Assembly (NCBI GenBank): GCA_964016885.1
Contig: CAXHJY010000557.1
Coordinates: forward strand, 1 to 64,000
Direction: 5' to 3'
DNA: 64,000 bases
From: Eledone cirrhosa
Lineage: Eukaryota
The position numbers and the translations under genes are program-made. This document shows, one piece after another, positions 1 through 15,702 of the stretch; the first letter of the stretch is position 1; each line of letters opens with the position of its first letter. Under the pieces are notes generated by a model that worked only from the letters and a program-made list of their open reading frames with translations, was not told where the DNA came from and made no database searches.

Positions 1-55
1 CGTACAAACCCATGCAAGCGTGGAAGATGGACGTTGAACGATGATGATGATGATG
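1..55 (+). mobile_element. 3' terminus of an RTE LINE (or RTE-tailed SINE) ending in (GAT)n
   Basis: AACCCATGCAAGCGTGGAAGATGGACGTTGAACGATGATGATG matches the tails of the RTE copies at 7678, 12093 and 18183. Confidence 0.8.
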
Positions 56-588
56 TATGTATATGTATAATATATATATATGTATCTATATGTATAATAT
101 ATATATATGTATCTATATGTATGATATATATATATGTATCTATATGTATAATATATATATATGTATGTATATGTATAATATATATATATGTATGTATATG
201 TAAATGTATATATGTATGTATATGTAAATATATATATGTGTATGTATATGTAAATATATATGATATGTATAATATATATATATGTATGTATATGTATAAT
301 ATATATGTATGTATATGTATAATATATATATATATGTATAATATATATGTATATATATATATATATATATGTATAATATATATATATGTATAATATATAT
401 GTATATATATATATGTATAATATATATATATGTATAATATATATGTATATATATATATATATATATATGTATAATATATATATATGTATAATATATATGT
501 ATGTATATATATATATATATATGTATAATATATATATATGTATAATATATATGTATGTATATATATATATATATGTGTGTATATATGT

Positions 589-619
<31 letters not shown>

Positions 620-951
620 TTTATATGTATATATATGTGTTTATATGTATATATATGTGTTTATATGTATATATATGTGTTTATATGTATATATATGTGT
701 TTATATGTATATATATGTGTTTATATGTATATATGTGTGTTTATATGTATATATATATGTTTATATGTATATATGTGTTTATATGTATATATATATGTAT
801 ATATATATATGTATATGTATATATGTATATATATATGTATATATATATGTATATATGTATATATATATGTATATATGTATATATATATGTATATATGTAT
901 ATATGTATATATATATGTATATATATATATGTATATATATGTATATATATG

Positions 952-1008
<57 letters not shown>

Positions 1009-1199
1009 GTATATATATATATGTATATATATATATGTATATATATATATGTATATATATATGTATATATATATGTATATATATATGTATATATATATGT
1101 ATATATATATGTATATATATATGTATATATATATGTATATATATATGTATATATATATGTATGTATATATGTATGTATATATGTATGTATATATATATG

Positions 1200-1264
<65 letters not shown>

Positions 1265-1293
1265 GTATATATATATATATATGTATATATATG

Positions 1294-1328
<35 letters not shown>

Positions 1329-1556
1329 GTATGTATATATATGTATATATATATATATGTATATATATGTATATATATATATATGTATATATATGTATAT
1401 ATATATATATGTATATATATGTATATATATATATATGTATATATATGTATATATATATATATGTATATATATGTATATATATATATATGTATATATATGT
1501 ATATATATGTATATATATGTATATATATGTATATATATGTATATATATGTATATGT

Positions 1557-1588
<32 letters not shown>

Positions 1589-1635
1589 GTATATATATGT
1601 ATATATATGTATATATATATATATGTATATATATG

Positions 1636-1666
<31 letters not shown>

Positions 1667-1713
1667 GTATATATATGTATATATATGTATATATATATAT
1701 ATGTATATATATG

Positions 1714-1744
<31 letters not shown>

Positions 1745-1755
1745 GTATATATATG

Positions 1756-1786
<31 letters not shown>

Positions 1787-1983
1787 GTATATATATATTT
1801 ATATATATATATGTATATATATGTATATATATATTTATATATATATATGTATATATATGTATATATATATTTATATATATATATGTATATATATGTATAT
1901 ATATATATATGTATACATATATGTATATATATATTTATATATATATATGTATATATATGTATATATATATATGTATATATATG

Positions 1984-2014
<31 letters not shown>

Positions 2015-2015
2015 G

Positions 2016-2048
<33 letters not shown>

Positions 2049-2491
2049 GTATATATATATATGTATATATATGTATATATATATATGTATATATATGTAT
2101 ATATATGTATATATATATATGTATATATATGTATATATATATATGTATATATATATATGTATATATATATATGTATATATATGTATATATATATATGTAT
2201 ATATATGTATATATACATATATATATATGTATATATATGTATATATATGTATATATATGTATATATATGTATATGTATATATACATATATATATATGTAT
2301 ATATATGTATATATATATATATATGTATATATATGTATATATATATATTTATATATATATATTTATATATATATATGTATATATACATATATATATATGT
2401 ATATATATGTATATATATATATATGTATATATGTATATATATATGTATATATATATATGTATATATATATGTATATATATATATAAATGTA

Positions 2492-2522
<31 letters not shown>

Positions 2523-2575
2523 ATATATATGTATATATATATATGTATATATATATGTATATATATATATAAATG

Positions 2576-2611
<36 letters not shown>

Positions 2612-2649
2612 AATGTATATATATATGTATATATATATGTATATATATG

Positions 2650-2680
<31 letters not shown>

Positions 2681-2750
2681 GTATATATAGATATGTATAT
2701 AGATATGTATATAGATATGTATGTATATATACATATATGTATATATATTA
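56..2750. repeat. (TA)n microsatellite array with TATG interruptions
   Basis: Direct reading; the Y/I/M/C ORFs here are translations of the repeat. Confidence 0.98.
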
Positions 2751-3391
2751 TGTCAGGTCACCAGTTGGTGCTACTGGTAACATGTATCCCAGTACAACCT
2801 GTCTCATGGTCGGGTCGTTGGCGACTAAACTGGCAACCCCACCAAGGTTTCTTGGTGAGGAGGGTGACTTTGGACATCCTGCAGGACTAAAAACAAAACC
2901 TGTCAAAGGGCAAAGGAGCTCTTAAGAGTCAATGGCCATCCAAAATCACCGGGAGAGATGACCCCTTTAGCCTTAGTCAAGGCAGAATTCTAGGAGAAGG
3001 AAAACTCTGATATAACACCTGCAACCCTGATGGTATCCAATGATGTTGACTTGTTCTTCTTTTTGGTAAATAGCATCTTGGTTAAGAGAGTGGGACTGGC
3101 TTTGTGCAGTGCCTTTGCTCACTATAAAAGCTTCACGGCACAGGCATTGCTTTATATCTGGAGATCTCTCTGCACTTGTCCTCACATGGGCCCAGCACTA
3201 TGTGTCAATAATTGTCCTACCATGGGCCTAGCACTATGTGTCAATAATTGTCACAGGTGTAGTGTTTGTACCAGAGGTTTCAAGTCGCTGGCTGGACTAA
3301 AAAGTCACACTCGTTCAGCGCTTCGGTAGGGGTTATCCTACATGGATGTAAAGTAGTGGCCGTACTCGAAAACGAGTTGGCAGCCACCATG
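2751..3391 (+). mobile_element. Short non-autonomous (bipartite, internally deleted) RTE-like element
   Basis: GGAGAAGGAAAACTCTGA 5'UTR-like motif at ~2993. The C-terminal peptide [17 protein letters not shown] (stop at 3329) resembles the terminal zinc finger of RTE ORFs. No RT is present. A ~32-bp direct duplication lies at 3185/3221. Flanked by (TA)n. Confidence 0.5.
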
Positions 3392-3607
3392 TATATATAT
3401 ATATGTATTTATATATATGTATATATATATGTGTATATATATATGTATATATATATATGTATATATATATATGTTTACATGTATATATATATGTATATGT
3501 ATATATATATGTATATATGTATATATATATATGTATATATATATATGTATATATATATATGTATATATATATATGTATATATGTAAATATATATATGTAT
3601 ATATATG

Positions 3608-3640
<33 letters not shown>

Positions 3641-3759
3641 GTATATATATATATGTATATATATATGTATATATATATGTATATATATGTATATATATAT
3701 GTATATATATGTATATATATATATGTATATATATATGTGTATATATATGTATATATATG

Positions 3760-3790
<31 letters not shown>

Positions 3791-3801
3791 GTATATATAT
3801 G

Positions 3802-3834
<33 letters not shown>

Positions 3835-3835
3835 G

Positions 3836-3908
<73 letters not shown>

Positions 3909-3930
3909 ATTAACATATATGTATATATGT
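3392..3930. repeat. (TA)n/TATG microsatellite
   Basis: Direct reading. Confidence 0.98.
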
Positions 3931-4052
3931 AGGAGGTGAGTTTTATTGTAGTACAATAAAGCAATGCAGATATCGGATAAGAAGCACTCTACAGTTTGTG
4001 GGACTGGAGTATGCATAATATAAGATCAAAAGATGGTTAAAGGAGTTCCATA

Positions 4053-4123
4053 TATTTTATTATGCGCATTTCAAAAACAAACATCATCAAGCAATAATAT
4101 TTGTGTTTTCATCAGATAAAACA
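4053..4123 (-). ncRNA. Type I hammerhead ribozyme motif (mirror copy of 4253-4323)
   Basis: Reverse-complement arm of the palindrome. Confidence 0.72.
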
Positions 4124-4252
4124 GGAGAACATGATATGAAGGCTAAAAAACACTTGTTGATAGTGCAGTTTTAAATCAACATATCATGTTGATATGTTGA
4201 TTTAAAACTGCACTATCAACAAGTGATTTTTAGCCTTCATATCATGTTCTCC

Positions 4253-4323
4253 TGTTTTATCTGATGAAAACACAAATATTATTGCTTGATGATGTTTGTT
4301 TTTGAAATGCGCATAATAAAATA
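4253..4323 (+). ncRNA. Type I hammerhead ribozyme motif (family B)
   Basis: Stem I TGTTTTAT/ATAAAATA, core CTGATGA, long GU-rich stem II, GAAA, palindromic stem III ATGCGCAT; predicted cleavage after A4315. Confidence 0.75.
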
Positions 4324-4361
4324 TATGGAACTCCTTTAACCATCTTTTGATCTTATATTAT

Positions 4362-6415
<2,054 letters not shown>

Positions 6416-6602
6416 AGAAGGAACGATCGACTTTCGTCAAATCGGACCGAGGGAACAATGTTTCCGTTGGTCTTTCCAATTGCTAATACTATCTATCGGT
6501 CGCAACTCCAGGTAGAAGGAGCAATCTGAAATGAATTGTCTTGCTCAAGGACATAACGCATCGCCTGGTCCAGGAATCGAACTCACAACCTTACGATTGC
6601 GA
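6416..6602 (-). mobile_element. tRNA-derived SINE fragment
   Basis: B-box-like GAGTTCGATTCC on the minus strand, followed by GTGTCCTTGAGCAAGACA-type core sequence; similar to 35320-35575 and 63160-63255. Confidence 0.6.
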
Positions 6603-7677
<1,075 letters not shown>

Positions 7678-10600
7678 CATCATCATCACATCATCACCGT
7701 TTTACGTCCGTTCTTCCACGCTAGCATGGGTTAGACGGGTTGTCCTGTTGTGGGCAGTGTCTGGTCGGCTGACCATGCCTTGCTCATACAGGAACTGATC
7801 TGGCTTGATTTCTACAGCTGGATGCCCTTCCTAACACCAACCTCATTTACAGTGAGTGCTGGGTGCTTTTTCGTGGCGCCTACACGTCCACTTTACAGTG
7901 TGGGCTGGGTGCTTTTTTGCCGTGGCACCTCCACGACCACCTTGCGGTGGGGGGGGGGGGGCATATTGTTTATATGCTTCAGCATGTACCCATGGGAGGT
8001 CGGGTACCCTGTATTACTGCGTGACGCCAGAAGTCACGGTCGTGTGTCATTGACTTTGAGAGGTGTAGTTGGGTAAGGTCGGCTTTTATCACCTCATCCC
8101 AAGTCATCTTGGGTCTCCCCACTCCGCGGTTTCCATCAACTTCTAGTGCTCTGCACCTTTTTATGCAGCTGTCATCCTTCATACGCATCACATGTCCATA
8201 CCAGCGTAACCGCCTCTCCTGCACGCAGCATTTGATTCCTCTTATGCTCAGTCTCTCTCTCAATTCATTTATGCTTTGTCGTTCACGTATATTACTGTCA
8301 CACATCCATCGGAGCATGCAGGCTTCGTTTCTCTCTAATCTACGTAGGTCTTCCACCTTCAGCGCCCAGGTCTCACTACCATGCAACATCGCTGTTCGGA
8401 TACACGCATCATACAGTCTGCCTTTCATTCTGAGCGAGAAGCCTTTTGCAGCTAGCAGTGGTAGTAGTTCCCTAAACTTCTTCCATCCCGTTCTTACCCT
8501 AGTTATTGTACTTTCTGAGCACCCACCTCCGTTGCTAATTCGGTCACCTAGGTAGCAGAAGCTGTCTACTGTTTCTACAGGGCCCTCCCAGAGATTGGTG
8601 GTACTTGTTTCCTGTGGCTGTTTGCTTGCTGTTTCAGCACAGCTGCTGCATGTGAATCCTACATTCTTAATTAAGCTTCCTGAGATCCCGCTACATCTCT
8701 TGTGTACCCATTGTTTGCATTTGGGGCAAAGAATGGAGTTCCTACCTACACCTTTCCTACATACTGAGCAAGGCCATTTCCCTGAGGGGATCTGGGTTCT
8801 GTTTTCTCGTCTACTTATAAGGACCTTAGTCTTTGTCATGTTGACTTTGAGGCCCTTTCTCTCTAGTCCCTGCTTCCAGGTTTGGAATTTATTCTCTAGT
8901 TCTACCATAGATTCAGCTATGAGTGCGAGGTCATCAGCATACAGGAGTTCCCATGGGCATCCGGTCTTAAACTCCTCCGTTATTGCCTGCAGGACTATGA
9001 TGAACAGGAGAGGGCTAAGAACAGAGCCCTGGTGGACCCCAACCTGTACGCTAAATTCCTCGCTATACTCATTGCCAATCCTAACTTTGCTGACTGCTCC
9101 CCTATACATGGCTTGTACCGCTTTCACAAGCCATTCATCTACTCCTAGTTTTCTAAGAGCCCACCAGATTACTGCACGTGGAACTCTGTCAAAGGCTTTC
9201 TCAAGGTCGACAAATGCCAAGTAGAGTGGCTTACTTTTAGCTAGGTACTTTTCCTGTAATTGCCTCACAAGGAAGAGCGCATCAGTGGTGCCTTTCCCTG
9301 GAACAAACCCAAATTGCATCTCGTCTATATTCACCCGGTCCCTAATCAGCTGTGCTATAACTCTTTCTGTTACTTTCATGACCTGGTCCATCAACTTTAT
9401 ACCTCTATAGTTTCCTCTATCTAGTGCATCGCCTTTACCTTTGTAGCAGTTGACAATGATGCTACTGCACCAATCTTTTGGTATGGCCCCCTCTAGTATT
9501 ACCTGGTTAACGATACGTGTGGTTATAGTGTGACCTACAGACCCAGATGCCTTCAGCATCTCGGCAGCTATACCCGATGGACCGGTTGCCTTCCCTATCT
9601 TCATATCTCTGATTGCCTTACTTACTACGCTGCCGCTGACTTGTACTGCTGGTCCCTCTATAGGGTCTACGTGGGGTAGGGTCTCTTCTTCCCATGCATT
9701 CTCCTCATTTAGTAATCTATCATAATGACTCTTCCATGCATCTTTCTTCTCAGCACTTGTGAGGGCAAGCTCACCTTTATCATTCCGGATACACTTCTCT
9801 CCAATGACATCACAACTATCTCTGACACACTGCCTCGCAATCTTGAATACCTCCTGTTTCTGGTCCTCACGTTGTAAAACATGCTTGAATTTTCTATCCT
9901 CTGCTTCCCTCCTAGCTAAGTATACTTGTCGCCTAGCTTCCCTCTTGGTCTCTATGTAATGTACCCTGCTCCCCCCGTTCTTCCATTCTTTCCATGCCTG
10001 TCTCTTGGCCTTGACTGCTTCATCTACCTTATTGTTCCACCACCAAGTCACTCTCCTCCTGCTTGAGGTCTTACTCCAGCCACAAACCTCATCCGTCGCC
10101 TCTAGTAAGTTATTTTTTAGGAACTCCCAGTTCTCTTCTACGTTAAATGTCTCTATCTGTTCTTCTTTACTGTCGTAGGCGTTGAGTAAAATATCTTTAA
10201 ATCTGTTACTGGTTGAGGGGACTTTCAGCTTCCAGATCTTTCTTCTCCAGGTTGGCCTCTGTTTCAGGGCTCGTCTAGTTCTGACCGTGAGGTCGCTGAC
10301 AACTAAGCTATGTTGGGATGTACATTCCTCACTAGGGAAGGCTTTTGTGTTTACGACCGTCCATCTGTCACGTCCTCTGATGAGGATAAAATCTAACTGA
10401 CTAGAGTGCTCCCCTGATCTATAGGTGATCAGGTGGTTGTCGGGTTTTTTAAAGTTTGTGTTACATATCGACATGTCATTGGCGTCGCAGAATTCTAGAA
10501 GTCTGAATCCTTCCTCATTCCTTGTGCCAACTCCATGGCCTCCATGTACTCTATTGAAGCCGTCGCAGTGTTTACCTACGTGTCCGTTAAAATCTCCTGC

Positions 10601-11365
10601 AATGATTAGGAAGTCCTTGTCGTCTGTTAGAGCAGTAGTGTGTATTAGGGACTCGTAAAACCTATCCTTAAGTTCGTCTGGCAGCCCCGATTGGGGTGCG
10701 TAAGCTGATATTATTGTGGTAATTGTCTTATTCAGGACTAGTCTGAGTTTAATGATTCTTGCATTTACCCTGTACACTGAGATTACTTTATCTACCCACT
10801 TGTCAGCTAATAGTATACCTACACCACCCATCCCATCGTCATTTCCCACCCAGAAAAATTTGTAGCACTGGCTTTTTCCTACAAGGACTCTAGCAGACCC
10901 TCCTCTCCATCTAGTCTCTTGCACACAGCATACATCAACTTCCTTTCGCTCTAGCATTTCTACGATTTCTCCTGCTCTTCCTTTCATTGAGCCTACATTG
11001 ATGGTACCAACTCGGAGTTTTGGGCATTTGTCGACACTCGTAGGGGAGGGTCTCTGGGTTGGCGCTTCACGTGGGTGCTTGGTAGCTCGCAGATTCATAT
11101 TTCATCTATTGATTCAGAGTTGCTCGTGTATTCCCAGCTCATCCATCCCTAACGGTGGGAAAATTGAGGGCTAGAAGGACAGTGGTGGTGGGGTAATGGC
11201 AGGGTGTGTTGGGATGCGCCAGAGGAGGAGAGAGTTAGTTAGGCAGGTAGTAGCAGCAGCAGCAGTGGAAATGGCATGCTAGGTTTGATTGGTCGAATAG
11301 ACTATGGTGGTGTGTGGGGGTGGGGGGGAGGGAAATTGTGAGGTAGGAACTGAGGGTCGCATGGT
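7678..11365 (-). mobile_element. Near full-length RTE-clade LINE
   Basis: Single long ORF, ~270 bp of upstream sequence, and a 300-bp 3'UTR ending ...GGACGTAAAACGGTGATGATG; embedded in (TA)n on both sides. Confidence 0.93.
7979..11098 (-). CDS. RTE LINE polyprotein: APE endonuclease + reverse transcriptase + PHD-like zinc finger (1039 aa, uninterrupted)
   Basis: EN motifs TINVGS, VQETRW, SAYAPQ, AGDFNGH, LDFIL, SQH. RT motifs NYRGI, QFGF, FVDLEKAFDRVPR, GVHQGSVLSPLLF, YADD. Cys/His cluster CSVC..CPKC..H..C..CSSC. RLRWYGHV near the C-terminus. Confidence 0.95.
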   Translation of the reverse strand: MNLRATKHPREAPTQRPSPTSVDKCPKLRVGTINVGSMKGRAGEIVEMLERKEVDVCCVQETRWRGGSARVLVGKSQCYKFFWVGNDDGMGGVGILLADKWVDKVISVYRVNARIIKLRLVLNKTITTIISAYAPQSGLPDELKDRFYESLIHTTALTDDKDFLIIAGDFNGHVGKHCDGFNRVHGGHGVGTRNEEGFRLLEFCDANDMSICNTNFKKPDNHLITYRSGEHSSQLDFILIRGRDRWTVVNTKAFPSEECTSQHSLVVSDLTVRTRRALKQRPTWRRKIWKLKVPSTSNRFKDILLNAYDSKEEQIETFNVEENWEFLKNNLLEATDEVCGWSKTSSRRRVTWWWNNKVDEAVKAKRQAWKEWKNGGSRVHYIETKREARRQVYLARREAEDRKFKHVLQREDQKQEVFKIARQCVRDSCDVIGEKCIRNDKGELALTSAEKKDAWKSHYDRLLNEENAWEEETLPHVDPIEGPAVQVSGSVVSKAIRDMKIGKATGPSGIAAEMLKASGSVGHTITTRIVNQVILEGAIPKDWCSSIIVNCYKGKGDALDRGNYRGIKLMDQVMKVTERVIAQLIRDRVNIDEMQFGFVPGKGTTDALFLVRQLQEKYLAKSKPLYLAFVDLEKAFDRVPRAVIWWALRKLGVDEWLVKAVQAMYRGAVSKVRIGNEYSEEFSVQVGVHQGSVLSPLLFIIVLQAITEEFKTGCPWELLYADDLALIAESMVELENKFQTWKQGLERKGLKVNMTKTKVLISRRENRTQIPSGKWPCSVCRKGVGRNSILCPKCKQWVHKRCSGISGSLIKNVGFTCSSCAETASKQPQETSTTNLWEGPVETVDSFCYLGDRISNGGGCSESTITRVRTGWKKFRELLPLLAAKGFSLRMKGRLYDACIRTAMLHGSETWALKVEDLRRLERNEACMLRWMCDSNIRERQSINELRERLSIRGIKCCVQERRLRWYGHVMRMKDDSCIKRCRALEVDGNRGVGRPKMTWDEVIKADLTQLHLSKSMTHDRDFWRHAVIQGTRPPMGTC

Positions 11366-12092
<727 letters not shown>

Positions 12093-13388
12093 TCATCATC
12101 ATCATCATCACCATCAACGTTTAACGTCCGTGTTCCACGCTTGCGTGGGTTTGGACGGGGGTAGTCCCACTTGAGGCAAGAGTGATTGTCTTGCTCGCAT
12201 AGGACTGTCTGAGGTTTTCTACAGTTGGATGACCTTCCTAACACCAACCACATTTACAGTGTGGGTCTGGGAGGTTTTTACCGTGTTGCCTACACGGCCA
12301 CATTACAGCGTGGACTGTGTGTTTTTTTGTCGTGACACCTACACGATCTCATTTGTTTCGGCCTCGATGGCGTGGCACCAACATAACTTTACATAGAACG
12401 GGGTGGTGTGGATGGGGTGGGGGTGGTGGTGGTGGGACGGGGTGTATTTTGTTAGAGATGCCTACTGGCTGGAGTAGGTTTTACTATATATTTAGGTAAG
12501 GCGGGTCTTCTCTGTTACTGAGTACCGCCAAAGGTCTCGGTCCAGTGACATTGTCTTGGAGAGGTGTAAGTGTGTGATGTCGGAGTTTATCAGCTCGTCC
12601 CAGGTTTTTCTAGGTCTGCCTATTCCGTGACTACCGTCTATCTTTATTGCCCTGCACTTTGTTATACAGCTATCGACTTTCATGCGCATCACGTGTCCAT
12701 ACCAACATAGCCTTCTCTCGAGTAAACAACATCTGATCCCTCTTATTTCTAATTTTTTCCTTAGTTCGTTTATGCTTTGCCGTTCACGTATATTACTATT
12801 ACACATCCAGCGGATCATGCAAACTTCGTTCCTCTCTAGTCTGCGTATATCCTCTGCACACAATGCCCAGGTCTCACTGCCATGCAACATTGCAGTTCGT
12901 ATGCAGGCATCATACAACCTGCCTTTCATTTTTAGGGAGAACCCTTTAGCGGCTAATAGTGGTATAAGCTCTCTGAACTTTTTCCATCCAGTTCTGACTC
13001 TAGCTACTGTACTTTCAGAGCACCCTCCCCCACTGCTGATTTTTTCGCCCAGGTAACGGAAGCTGTCCACTATTTCTATAGAACCCTCTGCGCAGTTGAA
13101 AGAGCTAGTATTTTGTGGGCACTTGCTGCTACTTATTGCACCAGAGCACCGGCCACATGTAAAATCTATGTTCTTAGTTAGCTTACCTGTGATCCCACTA
13201 CATCTTTTATGCACCCATACTTTGCATTTAGGACATAAAATGGAGTTTCTACCTACGCCTTTCCTACACACCGAGCACGACCATTTCCCAGAAGGGACCG
13301 CCGCCTTGTTTTCTTTCCTACAAACTAGTACTTTGGTCTTAGCCAGGTTAATTTTAAGTCCCTTTGACTCTAGGCCGTGCTTCCATGT
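12093..13388 (-). mobile_element. 5'-truncated RTE LINE, second subfamily (C-terminal ORF fragment 12492-13388 plus 3'UTR)
   Basis: The peptide CRKGVGRNSILCPKC...RLCWYGHVMRM is homologous to, but diverged from, the 1039-aa ORF; (GAT)n tail at 12093. Confidence 0.9.
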
Positions 13389-13389
13389 T

Positions 13390-13453
<64 letters not shown>

Positions 13454-13472
13454 ATTATATATATATATATAT

Positions 13473-13534
<62 letters not shown>

Positions 13535-13564
13535 TATATATATATATATATTATATATATATAT

Positions 13565-13629
<65 letters not shown>

Positions 13630-13691
13630 ATATATTATATATATATATATATTATATATATATTATATATATATATATATTATATATATAT

Positions 13692-13722
<31 letters not shown>

Positions 13723-13741
13723 TATATATATATTATATATG

Positions 13742-13779
<38 letters not shown>

Positions 13780-13860
13780 ATATATGTTTATATGTATGTA
13801 TATTTTATTTTTATATATATATGTATATATTTATATTTGTATAATTGTGTGTGTGTGTAT
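13389..13860. repeat. (TA)n microsatellite
   Basis: Direct reading. Confidence 0.95.
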
Positions 13861-14244
13861 ATAAAACTTCCTGGGAGTTATTGCAATGCTTTAATCAACG
13901 TGACCGGAACTCGCCTTTGTCCTAGACAGACCTCTGAGCGTCTAGAGTGCTCTATCGGTTATCAAGTAAGTGAGGGCTTATATCTGTGTTTTATTGACTG
14001 ACTCGAGAAAGAGTACTCAATACTGTAGTAGGATTTAAATAATCTTTATCATTGCTAAGTAGCGATTCTTGTTACTCTGGAGTTTCACCTGTGCACTAAC
14101 AAGGCCATCACAGGTGAAAGTCTAGAGTAACAAGAACCTCTACCTAGCCATATATATAGAATGAGAAATTTTTTATACGCTTCTTCCTATAATTTTTGAT
14201 TTGCATTGAACTTTACCTCTATTTTTACTCTCTCTCTCTGTATA

Positions 14245-14322
14245 CAGGGTGTCCACCAAAAATTGTATACACACTTTCATTAGAATGGTGTTGAAGTGTG
14301 TATACATTTTTGGGACTTCCTG
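14245..14322. mobile_element. Tiny Tc1/mariner-type MITE
   Basis: TA|CAGGGTGTCC...AAAAATTGTATACACACTT and AAGTGTGTATACATTTTTGGGACTTCCTG|TA form imperfect TIRs with a TA target duplication. Confidence 0.7.
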
Positions 14323-14918
14323 TATTTCTGTGTCTCTGTCTGTGTGTGTGTATATAATATAATATACATTCTCTCCCCCTCTCTCTCTCACACACACACA
14401 CACATATATATATATATAATACGATATATATATATATATATATTACGATATATATATATATATATTATGATATATATATATAATACGATATATATATATA
14501 TATAATACTATATATATATATATATATATATAATACATATTTAATAGGAAGTTGTGCCGACTGAGAATTGAAAGCGGGTCGCGGACTCGGTTCGCTGAGC
14601 ACTTGCCTTGTCGTATACTATGGTGTACAGTACAGTACAGTGTAGTGTAGTGTTCTAGCATCACCATACCCCGCACACTTATTGCTATGATTGCCTGCAC
14701 ATTTTATTATTCCTACAGCATTCTCGCCAGCTTGTCGCCTCCCACATCATCTCTCTCTCCTTCTTATCTCAGATATTTTGGTCACAACAGCCGTAGTGAT
14801 GGTGGTGACGGCGTTGTTAATGAGTGGTGGTGGTACTTGCTGCTGACAGCGAAGCCTCAATCTCTCCTCACTCATACTGTTGTGTTTGATCCTCTACTAT
14901 TGTTACTATCACAACTAC

Positions 14919-14953
<35 letters not shown>

Positions 14954-15517
14954 AATAACGACCACCACTTCACCTCATCTCAATTCATCACTTTCTTAGG
15001 AAATGTGGTTTTCAAATAATTTCGAAAATAATAAAAAAATTACCGGGGTATTTTGCTTATTAATTTGCTGTTTAAATTAACAAAGGGTTTTACATGAAAT
15101 TATGATAGGGTTTAGTAATATAACTTTCTACTTATTTTTTGTAAATTAACTTAACAGGGGTCGTTACATACTATTAGAATGGTGGGTTTTTAGGTAGATA
15201 TAAACGCACATTCAGTTTTGTCACCACATTTCTTATAAAATACGGTTATTTAAAAATCATTTTGAAAATAAAGAATTTGGAGGGATTTAGTATAATATAA
15301 CTAATTTTCTAAGTTATTTGTAACAAAGTTTCTTATATAAGATTATGGTGGGAGGTGTTTAGATAAATATATACATTTTAAAACGGTTTTGTAATTTAGA
15401 ACCAGATTGTTATCAAGAGGTTTGGTATGAAAGGGGTTAATATTAGTTGATGTACAACTACCGTTGTATTACTACCATTATATATAATTATATATATATA
15501 TATATATCTGTATACAT

Positions 15518-15551
<34 letters not shown>

Positions 15552-15665
15552 TATATTATGGAATACTGTTGGCTTCTTGCTACAATACTTTCTATACCTT
15601 TCATTTATATATATATATATATATATATTTATAGATATATATTTATATATATTTATATATATATT

Positions 15666-15696
<31 letters not shown>

Positions 15697-15702
15697 ATTT
15701 GT

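Larger units (their letters stand above)
4015..4361. repeat. Near-perfect palindrome with 172-bp arms and a 3-nt loop (4187-4189)
   Basis: Arms 4015-4186 and 4190-4361 are reverse complements, with one mismatch seen. The left arm continues as unique sequence to ~3931. Confidence 0.95.

Noticed and set aside
8109-10658. Plus-strand ORFs overlapping the RTE ORF (also 16674-17775 and 23403-25248)
   Set aside because: They are antisense shadows of LINE coding sequence.
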